Shown: positions 6,739-13,705 of the stretch, piece by piece | Position numbering within the stretch: position 1 is the stretch's first letter | Layout: each line of letters starts with the position of its first letter | Assembly: GCA_027491415.1 (NCBI GenBank) | Contig: JAOZFH010000030.1 | Span: 1 to 15,689 of the forward strand | Direction: 5' to 3' | Origin: Thermoproteota archaeon | GTDB taxonomy: Archaea > Korarchaeota > Korarchaeia > Korarchaeales > Korarchaeaceae | Length of the DNA stretch: 15,689 nucleotides | The notes under the pieces: generated by a model | The model's input: the letters and a program-made list of their open reading frames with translations, nothing else | What the model was told of the DNA's origin: nothing | Databases searched by the model: none | Translations under genes and position numbers: made by a program

Positions 6739-9078
6739 CTACTTTATGTTGTGGAGCCTCCTGAGGTCGTCCTCAAAGGGCTTCAGCTCCTCGGGGATCT
6801 CTACGCTGATCTCATCGCTCAGCTTGAGGCCAGACTCCTTCTTCATCTTCCAGACCATGCTGTTGAACTCCATGAGCCTCTTGCCCAGCGCCTTGTACTC
6901 AGTCTCCCACCTCTCGTCGGGCTCTGGCATGCTCTCCCTGTGGACCGATCCGCCGTAGAGCTCCCTCCAGAGGTAGTCGGTGATGTGCGGCGTCACGGGG
7001 GCCAACCACCTGAGGACGGCCCTGAGGACCGCGTGGAGGGTCCACCTGGCGGCGTCTATATCCTCCTGCGGAATGCCCTCGTCTCCGTAGGCTCGAGCCT
7101 TCACCAGCTCGATGTAGTGCGGGGCGAAGACTTGCCAGACAAACGTCCTGGCCGAGTTGGCCGGGTCGAAGAAGTCGAACTTCTCGTACCCTTCCAGCGC
7201 CCTCTTGAGGTAGTCGTTCATCTCCCCCAAGATCCAGAGGTCCGTGGGCTTGAGCTCGGCCCCGCCCTCGGGCAGCGGGAACGCGGAAATGAACCTAGCC
7301 ACGTTCCACAGCTTCTGCAGGAACTTGAAGGCTCCGGCTATCTTGGCCTCGGATATCCTGAAGTCGGAGCCGTGGTGGGCCTCTGCCGCGCCGAAGAACC
7401 TCACGGCGTCGGCGCCGTACTTCTCGAACATGGGCCACGGGTAGATTATGTTTCCCAGCGATTTGTGCATGGCCCTCCCGCGCGCGTCGAGACCCATCCC
7501 GCCGATCCAGACGTGCTTGAACGCATGCCTCCCAGTGGCGAGGTAGACCCTGACCAGCGTGTAGAAGAGCCAGGTCCTCACTATGTCCTTGCCCTGGGGC
7601 CTCAGGTCGCAGGGGCCGCCCAGCTTCCTGTAGAGGTCCTCGTTCCACCCGTACCCGTTGTAGACCAGAGGGGATATCCCGGAGTCCATCCAGGTGTCGA
7701 ACACCCTGTCCTCTCCCACGAATCCCTCGGTCGACCCGCAGTGCGGGCACCTGTCGAACGGCGGGTCCTCCTTCCAGGGCTGGTAGTACTTCCCGGGGGG
7801 CGGGACCACCGGCTTCCCACAGGACTTGCAGTACCACACCGGAATCTCGGTGGCGTAGTACCTCCTCCTGGAGACCGGCCAGTCGGTGTCGACCGAGTCT
7901 ATCCAGTCCAGCAGGTACTGGACGGCCCAGTCGGGGTAGAACCTCATCTCCTCAAGCGCCGCCCGCCTGATCTCATCGAGGAAGTCCACCTGCTTCAGGT
8001 AGTACTCCTTCATGGGCACTATCTCGATGGGGGTCTTGCATCTCCAGCACACGGGCGTTCTGTGCTCTATAGTCTCGACCTTCTCCACGTACCCCGCGGC
8101 CTTGAGGTCCTCGATGATGGCCCCCCTCGCCTCCTGAATGGTCATACCGGCGTACTTCCCGGCGCGCTCGTTGAGCCTGCCGTGCTCATCCACGATTATG
8201 GTGGGCTCGAGGTGCAGCTCCCTGAACAGCTGAACGTCGGCCTTGTCGCCGTAGGAGCAGACCATGACCAGCCCGGTCCCGAACTCAGGGTCGGCCGCAG
8301 GGTGCTCCAGGACCGGGACCTCCCTGCCGAGCGGGGTCTTCAACTTCTTCCCGCTCAGCCACCAGTATCTCTCGTCGTTCGGATTGTAGATGACGGCCGC
8401 GCAGGCGGGGAGGAGTTCGGGCCTCGTGGTGGCTATCGTGACGGTCTTCCCATCCTCGGTCTCAAATTTGAGGTAGACGAGGACGGACTTCAGATCCTTG
8501 TACTCGACCTCCGCGTCGGCGAGGGTGGTCTGGCACCTAGGGCAGTAGTTGTTGGGCCTGTAATCCTCGTACACGTATCCCTTGTTCCAGGCGTCTATGA
8601 ACGTGGCCTGAGTGACCGCTCTCCACATCTCGCTGTCCGTCCTGAACACGTTGTCGAAGTCGGCGCTGATGCCGAGCCTCTTGCTGATCTTGACGATGTC
8701 CATCTCGCTCTCGTCCAGGAACTGGGCGCAGAGCTTCAGGAACTCCTCCCTGGGGTATTCCCTCATGCGTATTCCGTACCGCTTCTCGGTCTCCACCTCA
8801 ACCGGCAGGCCGTTCCTGTCGATCCCCATGGGGAAGTAGACCTCGTAGCCCCGCATCCTCATGGATCGGGCGATCATGTCGATCTGGGAGTAGTGGATCG
8901 CCGCGGCTATGTGCCACTTCCCGCTCGCGTAGGGCGGGGGAGTGTCTATCGAGAACTTGGGCTTCTCTGATTCGGGGTTGAATGTGTAGAGCTTCTCCTT
9001 CTCCCAAATCTCCTGGATTTCCAGCTCCATCTCGGGGAGCCAACGCTTCTTCTCTATCTTGGGGGAGAACTTCGACAT
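6739..9078 (-). CDS. valS: Valine--tRNA ligase (archaeal type)
   Basis: DTPPPYASG, CPRCQTTLADAEVEY, editing domain TTRPELL and GTGLVMVCSYGD, DWPVSRRRYYATEIPVWYC, VFDTWMDS, LRPQGKDIVRTW, YGADAVR. SD GGGGTGA upstream. The HIGH and KMSKS motifs appear as HIAA and AMHKS. Confidence 0.95.
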   Translation of the reverse strand: MSKFSPKIEKKRWLPEMELEIQEIWEKEKLYTFNPESEKPKFSIDTPPPYASGKWHIAAAIHYSQIDMIARSMRMRGYEVYFPMGIDRNGLPVEVETEKRYGIRMREYPREEFLKLCAQFLDESEMDIVKISKRLGISADFDNVFRTDSEMWRAVTQATFIDAWNKGYVYEDYRPNNYCPRCQTTLADAEVEYKDLKSVLVYLKFETEDGKTVTIATTRPELLPACAAVIYNPNDERYWWLSGKKLKTPLGREVPVLEHPAADPEFGTGLVMVCSYGDKADVQLFRELHLEPTIIVDEHGRLNERAGKYAGMTIQEARGAIIEDLKAAGYVEKVETIEHRTPVCWRCKTPIEIVPMKEYYLKQVDFLDEIRRAALEEMRFYPDWAVQYLLDWIDSVDTDWPVSRRRYYATEIPVWYCKSCGKPVVPPPGKYYQPWKEDPPFDRCPHCGSTEGFVGEDRVFDTWMDSGISPLVYNGYGWNEDLYRKLGGPCDLRPQGKDIVRTWLFYTLVRVYLATGRHAFKHVWIGGMGLDARGRAMHKSLGNIIYPWPMFEKYGADAVRFFGAAEAHHGSDFRISEAKIAGAFKFLQKLWNVARFISAFPLPEGGAELKPTDLWILGEMNDYLKRALEGYEKFDFFDPANSARTFVWQVFAPHYIELVKARAYGDEGIPQEDIDAARWTLHAVLRAVLRWLAPVTPHITDYLWRELYGGSVHRESMPEPDERWETEYKALGKRLMEFNSMVWKMKKESGLKLSDEISVEIPEELKPFEDDLRRLHNIK

Positions 9079-9096
9079 GGGCTCACCCCTGCGGCC

Positions 9097-10047
9097 TCAT
9101 CCCTCCTCCAGGCGCGTCCTGTACTCGCGGTATAGGTCGGGGTGGGACCTCATTAAAAAGACGCGGAGCCTGTCGATCGCCATCCGCCGGGTAGGAGCGC
9201 CCTCGGCCCCAAACGCCTCATATATGAAGCTGGCCACGCTAGAGGCAAATATAGCCGACCAGATGGGATCTCCCGTCCTCAGGAACTCGGAGACAAAGGC
9301 TGCAGCCGACACGTCCCCGGCTCCGCCTGGGTCCACGACCCTCTCGGGGGGCACGACCGGGATCCTGAAGACCTTCCCGTCGAACGCGAGCAGGGCCGCC
9401 TCCGCCCCACCCTCCCGCGTCATGAAGGCTATCTCAGCGCCAGAGTCCAGGAGGGACTTCAACTTACCTTCATCCCCCCTCCCACTGGCGAGGTAGGGGA
9501 GCTCCGGCTTGCTCGTGACTATTATGTCTGCGGCCCCCTCAAGGCCCCTGGACGGGTTCCACCGCGTGAAGCGGATCCACCCGCCCTTTATCCTCCTCCG
9601 GATGTACCCCTGAGGATCCACTGCCAGGAGCCTGCACCTCCTCCTTATCTCGAGGAGCGTCTCCTTCGGGATCTCACGGTATATGGGAGAGAGGAGGGCT
9701 GCCTCGCAAGACACGCCCAGCCTCTCAACTTCCTCCCGCGTTATGGCCTCCCCAACGCGCCTCAGCCGGAGGGTCCTATCCTCTCCCCTGTAGAAGAGCT
9801 CATACGAAGAGGTCGATCCCGACCTGATGAGGCCAGACAGATCAACCTTCGCCTCTAGGAGGGGCTTTAGGTCTCTCTCTGGCTTAACCTCAGGGCCGCA
9901 CTTCGCCAACACGCCTGACCTCACGCCAAGTCTGGACGCGGCAAGGGCTGCGTAGAACGAGCTCCCCGCCACTCTCTCCGCGAACCCCGCCTCGGTGTGT
10001 ATCAGGTCTATGGATATGTTCCCCACGGCCAGGAAGGTCACCCTCAT
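9097..10047 (-). CDS. PfkB/ribokinase-family carbohydrate kinase
   Basis: N-terminal VGNISIDLI, AGSSFYAALAASRLG, VDPQGY, C-terminal anion-hole motif VDPGGAGD. Confidence 0.88.
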   Translation of the reverse strand: MRVTFLAVGNISIDLIHTEAGFAERVAGSSFYAALAASRLGVRSGVLAKCGPEVKPERDLKPLLEAKVDLSGLIRSGSTSSYELFYRGEDRTLRLRRVGEAITREEVERLGVSCEAALLSPIYREIPKETLLEIRRRCRLLAVDPQGYIRRRIKGGWIRFTRWNPSRGLEGAADIIVTSKPELPYLASGRGDEGKLKSLLDSGAEIAFMTREGGAEAALLAFDGKVFRIPVVPPERVVDPGGAGDVSAAAFVSEFLRTGDPIWSAIFASSVASFIYEAFGAEGAPTRRMAIDRLRVFLMRSHPDLYREYRTRLEEG

Positions 10048-10077
10048 GCCCCGACGCCAGGGCTTCAGATCCGGTCG

Positions 10078-10656
10078 CTATAAGGTTCGCCGCGCGAGTC
10101 CGACCACGGATTTCCCTATGAGGTCCGCCAGCCTCAGGGGCTCGGGGACCTTGGACTCAATCTGCCACCTAGTGACAATTTCCCAGAGCTCACTCCGATC
10201 TAGCCCGACGCTGGCGCAGTATATCTCCCCGCGGGGGGTGGCGAGCGGCGCGTAGGGGGGATTTTCCTCCAGCACCCGAAGGTTCTCGCTCAAACCGTGA
10301 GATATCGCGGCCCTCCTGACGAGGTCCCACCGGGGCGGCCTCTCCAGCACGGCCACGACGGGCGCGCCGGTCCTCTCCCAGATCTCCCTGAGGTTGAGGG
10401 GGTTGAAACCGGCGACCACCGTGCCGTGGGTGAATATCACCCGGGCTTCCTTCCCTACTTCTTCATGCATCGAGACGATTGCCTGAGTCGCGTCGGACCC
10501 GTCCACCTTGACGTCGGTCGTGAGCACCTTCTCGACGACGCCCCCACGCATGAGGACCCCGATGAGCCAGGTCCTCTCATCCCGGCCCCTCACGAAGGGA
10601 CAGTCGTCAACTCCCAGGGCCCGCGCTCCCGCCTTCAACGCGCCCATCCGAAGCAT
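10078..10656 (-). CDS. DUF99/UPF0215 family protein (predicted RNase H-like/endonuclease V-like nuclease)
   Basis: LGVDD, VDGSDAT, AGFN, KVPEPLRLADLI. The true start may be TTG 10638 or ATG 10647. Confidence 0.82.
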   Translation of the reverse strand: MLRMGALKAGARALGVDDCPFVRGRDERTWLIGVLMRGGVVEKVLTTDVKVDGSDATQAIVSMHEEVGKEARVIFTHGTVVAGFNPLNLREIWERTGAPVVAVLERPPRWDLVRRAAISHGLSENLRVLEENPPYAPLATPRGEIYCASVGLDRSELWEIVTRWQIESKVPEPLRLADLIGKSVVGLARRTL

Positions 10657-10658
10657 GA

Positions 10659-10668
10659 TTTATCTAAA
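10659..10668. promoter_or_regulatory. Shared TATA-like element between divergent DUF99 and GGGPS genes
   Basis: TTTATCTAAA (reverse complement TTTAGATAAA) is the only A/T-rich patch in the gap. It lies 23-32 nt before ATG 10691 and 21-30 nt before TTG 10638 on the other strand. Confidence 0.5.
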
Positions 10669-10690
10669 CATCGGCCTCCCCCCGCCTGAC

Positions 10691-11470
10691 ATGAGGGCAC
10701 CCAAACTCGGCCCGGTGGAATCGAGGCTGGCCGAGGCCGCCGCGGAGAGGGCTCTGTTGGCCGTGCTCATCGATCCCTTCAACGTCGAGCCGAACGAGGC
10801 GGGTCGCGTGGCTGCGGAGGCCGAGGCCGCCGGAGCCGACCTGATACTGATCGGCGGGTCCGTCGGCGCCGGTCTCAAGCTTCACTCTGTCGTCCGAGCC
10901 GTCAAGGAGTCCGTCTCCGTCCCGGTCATACTCTTTCCAGGGAACGTGGACGGCGTGTCCCCGGAGGCGGACGCCCTCCTCTTCATGTCCCTCCTGAACT
11001 CCAGCAGCACCTATTGGATAGTTGAGGCTCAGGCCCTCGCGGCCCCCGGGATCAAGGCCATAGGGCTCGAGGCCATCCCCACGGCCTACCTGATAGTGGA
11101 GCCCGGCGGTTCGAGCGCGGCGGGCTGGGTCGGGAGAGCCTGGCAGATACCTAGGGCCAAGCCGGAACTCGCTGTGGCCTACTCCTTGGCCGCGGAGTTG
11201 ATGGGGATGAGGTGGGTCTACCTCGAGGCGGGGAGCGGGGCAGCCCAGCCGGTCCCCGTCGAGATGGTCACCGCCGTGAGGAGGTACACGGGCCTGGGGG
11301 TCATAGTGGGGGGCGGGATCAGGTCGCCCGACCTCGCCCGGGAGAGGGCCGCGGCCGGGGCCGACGTCATAGTGGTGGGCACGTACATCGAGTCTGGAGA
11401 AACCTCGGAGAAGGTTTCCAGCCTCTCAGAGGCCGTCAAGGAGGGCTCCCGGCTTAGAAACAGTTTTTAA
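10691..11470 (+). CDS. Geranylgeranylglyceryl phosphate synthase (group II type)
   Basis: LIDP, IGGS, ILFPG, ADALLFMSLLNS, AYLIVEPG, YLEAGSGA, VGGGIR, VVGT. Start moved to ATG 10691 to avoid overlap with DUF99. Confidence 0.93.
   Translation: MRAPKLGPVESRLAEAAAERALLAVLIDPFNVEPNEAGRVAAEAEAAGADLILIGGSVGAGLKLHSVVRAVKESVSVPVILFPGNVDGVSPEADALLFMSLLNSSSTYWIVEAQALAAPGIKAIGLEAIPTAYLIVEPGGSSAAGWVGRAWQIPRAKPELAVAYSLAAELMGMRWVYLEAGSGAAQPVPVEMVTAVRRYTGLGVIVGGGIRSPDLARERAAAGADVIVVGTYIESGETSEKVSSLSEAVKEGSRLRNSF
11464..11470 (+). promoter_or_regulatory. TATA box for tRNA-Gln, overlapping the GGGPS stop codon
   Basis: TTTTTAA located 25-31 nt upstream of tRNA position 1, preceded by purine-rich AGAAA (BRE-like). 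Confidence 0.6.
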
Positions 11471-11494
11471 CCCGGACGCCCCCGTGCGGGGCGG

Positions 11495-11572
11495 AGCCCC
11501 GTGGTGTAGCCAGGTCAAGCACGCCGGGCTTTGGACCCGGCGACCCCGGTTCGAATCCGGGCGGGGCTACCA
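11495..11572 (+). tRNA. tRNA-Gln(UUG), no intron
   Basis: Acceptor AGCCCCG/CGGGGCT with A1-U72 (typical of archaeal tRNA-Gln), discriminator A, encoded CCA. Anticodon arm CCGGG-CT[TTG]GA-CCCGG (anticodon 11531-11533). T-arm CCCGG-TTCGAAT-CCGGG. Confidence 0.97.
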
Positions 11573-11638
11573 GTCCAATCCGGCTGGGCCGGTGGCCAAA
11601 AACCGGCCACCGGTTCAATCCACGCGCGGGCGATACGC

Positions 11639-12157
11639 GTGCACCCCAAGTTCGTCGCAGACGCGATGGTTGCCCACCTCGCCCGGTGGCTCAGGGTCAT
11701 GGGGTACGACGTGCTGGACCACACCCAGTGCGGCGAGGACGACGCCGAGATACTCGAGTGCGCCCGCTCCACGGGAAGGGTCATCATCACGAGGGACGAG
11801 GATCTCCATGCCAGGGCGGTCAGGGCGGGCCTGAGATCATTGCTCCTGAGATCGGGGGAGGTCGAGCAGGCGCTAGCCTGGATCGCCCACGAGACAGGGA
11901 TAGACCTTTCCATCGACCTAGGGCGGACCAGGTGCCCCCTCTGCAACTTCCCCCTTATCAGGATTCCCTCGGCCGAGGTGGACGGGGCCCCCGCCCACGT
12001 TCGAGAGAGGTACAGTCACGTGTACGTCTGCGAGAGCTGCGGGAAGATCTACTGGCCAGGATCGCACTTCACCCGCATGCAGGCGACCCTGGCCAGGGCC
12101 AGGGAGGTCCTCAAGAAACTTAAGAGCGGTGAAAGCAAAGAAGGTATGGGCCGATGA
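11639..12157 (+). CDS. Mut7-C RNase domain protein (PIN-like fold with Zn ribbon)
   Basis: KFVADAMVAHLARWLRVMGYD, GRVIITRD, RCPLCN...CESCGKIYWPGSH. Start placed at GTG 11639 because the ORF-track start lies inside tRNA-Gln. Confidence 0.88.
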   Translation: MHPKFVADAMVAHLARWLRVMGYDVLDHTQCGEDDAEILECARSTGRVIITRDEDLHARAVRAGLRSLLLRSGEVEQALAWIAHETGIDLSIDLGRTRCPLCNFPLIRIPSAEVDGAPAHVRERYSHVYVCESCGKIYWPGSHFTRMQATLARAREVLKKLKSGESKEGMGR

Positions 12158-12207
12158 TGACTGGTGACGGCCGGGATAGGTGACCTCACTGACCTACCCT
12201 GAGGCCC
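12148..12207 (+). ncRNA. Box C/D 2'-O-methylation guide sRNA (dual guide, predicted 16S rRNA helix 34 targets)
   Basis: Terminal stem GGGCC/GGCCC; box C ATGATGA 12154-12160; 12-nt guide; D' GGGA 12173-12176; C' GTGACCT 12180-12186; 12-nt guide; box D CTGA 12199-12202. Both guides are complementary to conserved archaeal 16S segments recalled from memory. Confidence 0.88.
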
Positions 12208-12213
12208 GGGAGT

Positions 12214-13644
12214 TCATCCCTCGATCCACCAGACCGTCTCCTCTCCGCGATCCTCCAGCCTGATGCCCAGCTCCCCCAGGCGAGATCTGATCGTGTCGGC
12301 GAGATCCCAGATCTTCCTGCGCCTCAGCTCTGAGCGGACCTGAACGAGAAGGTTGACGACCCTCTCAAGCTCGGCGGACGCGGCCCCGGGGACGACCTCG
12401 AACCCAAGAACCCCCATGAGGTCCCTCAGCGCGGCTACAGCCTCAGCCGCCACGTTGGGTGCCAGGGACTCCGAGGTCACCTTAGAGGCGGCGGCGCTTA
12501 TGGCGTCAAGGGCCGCGAGGGCCTTGGGCGTGTCGAAGTCGTCGCTCATGGCGTCGAAGAATGCCGCTCGAGCCGAGAGGATCTTCTCCCTGAGCTCTAG
12601 GTCCTCAGAGGACAGGCTGTGCGACGGGCCGCTCTCCCTGAGGTAGGCCTCCGCCCTCATTAGGGCCGACTGCCAAGACTCCAACCTGCTCCCCGCAGCC
12701 CTGACGGCCTCCGGAGAGAACTCGAGGGGTGACCTGTAGTGTGCCGACAGGAGGAACGCCCTCAGGGCCTCGGCCCCGAACTCCTCCGCCGCCACCTTCA
12801 CCGCGAAGTAGTTCTTCAGGGACTTCGCCATCTTCTCCCCCTTCACGGTGACCAGGCCCACGTGCATCCAGTACCTGACGAAGGGAGACTTGCCGGTATA
12901 GGCCTCCATCTGGGCGATCTCGTTCTCGTGATGCGGGAAAACCAGGTCTTGGCCCCCGCCGTGGATGTCAATCTGCGGTCCCAGGAGCCTGAGGATCATC
13001 GCGCTGCACTCGATGTGCCACCCCGGCCTGCCTGGACCCCAGGGACTCGGCCAGCTGGGCTCTCCCGGGGCGGCAGCCTTCCAAAGGGCGAAGTCTTCGG
13101 GGGACCTCTTTCCCTCGCCCGGCTCGACCCTAGCGCCGGCGACCAGTTCCTCGACCCTTACCTTCGAGAGCTTCCCGTACTCGGGGAATGTAGAGACATC
13201 GAAGTAGACGTCACCCCTCTCCGTCGCGTAGGCGTGCCCCCTCTCGATGAGGCCCTCCACGACGCGGATCATATCGTCGATGTAGTCTGTTGCCCTGGGG
13301 ACCACGGTGGGTAGGGAGACCCCGAGCATCGACATGGCCTCGAAGTACTCCCTCTCGTACCTCTCCGCCACCTCTCGGAATGAGACGCCCTCCTCGTTGG
13401 CCCTCTTGATGATCTTGTCGTCTATGTCGGTTACGTTCGTCACGAGGGAGACCCTGTACCCGAGCCTCTCCATGTAGCTCCTCACGACATCGAAGAACAC
13501 GGCGGGCCGCGCGTGCCCAATGTGCGCCACGTCGTAGACGGTCGGCCCGCACACGTACATCCGGACGTTAGGTGGATCGAGCGGGCTAAACTCCTCCTTA
13601 ACCCCACGGAGAGTGTCGCTCAGCCTGAGCGCCGGTAAGTACAT
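12214..13644 (-). CDS. cysS: Cysteine--tRNA ligase
   Basis: MYVCGPTVYD, HIGH, NVTDIDDKII, DFALWK, GRPGWHIECSAM, DIHGGGQDLVFPHHENE, KMAKS, DDFDTP, C-terminal ADTIR..L...GI.LED. Confidence 0.98.
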   Translation of the reverse strand: MYLPALRLSDTLRGVKEEFSPLDPPNVRMYVCGPTVYDVAHIGHARPAVFFDVVRSYMERLGYRVSLVTNVTDIDDKIIKRANEEGVSFREVAERYEREYFEAMSMLGVSLPTVVPRATDYIDDMIRVVEGLIERGHAYATERGDVYFDVSTFPEYGKLSKVRVEELVAGARVEPGEGKRSPEDFALWKAAAPGEPSWPSPWGPGRPGWHIECSAMILRLLGPQIDIHGGGQDLVFPHHENEIAQMEAYTGKSPFVRYWMHVGLVTVKGEKMAKSLKNYFAVKVAAEEFGAEALRAFLLSAHYRSPLEFSPEAVRAAGSRLESWQSALMRAEAYLRESGPSHSLSSEDLELREKILSARAAFFDAMSDDFDTPKALAALDAISAAASKVTSESLAPNVAAEAVAALRDLMGVLGFEVVPGAASAELERVVNLLVQVRSELRRRKIWDLADTIRSRLGELGIRLEDRGEETVWWIEG

Positions 13645-13668
13645 CTCAGCGGCCCGTCGATGTTGGGA

Positions 13669-13674
13669 TTAAAA
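13669..13674. promoter_or_regulatory. TATA-like element between divergent cysS and tyrS
   Basis: TTAAAA (minus strand TTTTAA) lies 25-30 nt upstream of the cysS ATG and 32-37 nt upstream of the tyrS TTG. Confidence 0.45.
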
Positions 13675-13705
13675 CCTGATTGGGCGCCGGTCGGCGGGAG
13701 CCGAG

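Noticed and set aside
6706-8970. 754-aa ORF on the + strand antisense to valS
   Set aside because: It is the codon-aligned antisense frame of a high-GC3 gene, starts inside tRNA-Ser, has V/L/P/H/G-biased composition and no recognisable motifs: a typical shadow ORF.
10078-12157. DUF99 and Mut7-C nucleases near a tRNA as a possible defence or toxin-antitoxin island
   Set aside because: No antitoxin, integrase, direct repeat of the tRNA-Gln 3' end or obvious compositional shift; both families are widespread in archaea and are interleaved with core genes.
12822-12836. CysRS KMAKS (and TyrRS HVGV/KMSSS) motif variants
   Set aside because: Single or known-type substitutions with the key catalytic residues retained; KMSSS is normal for archaeal TyrRS.
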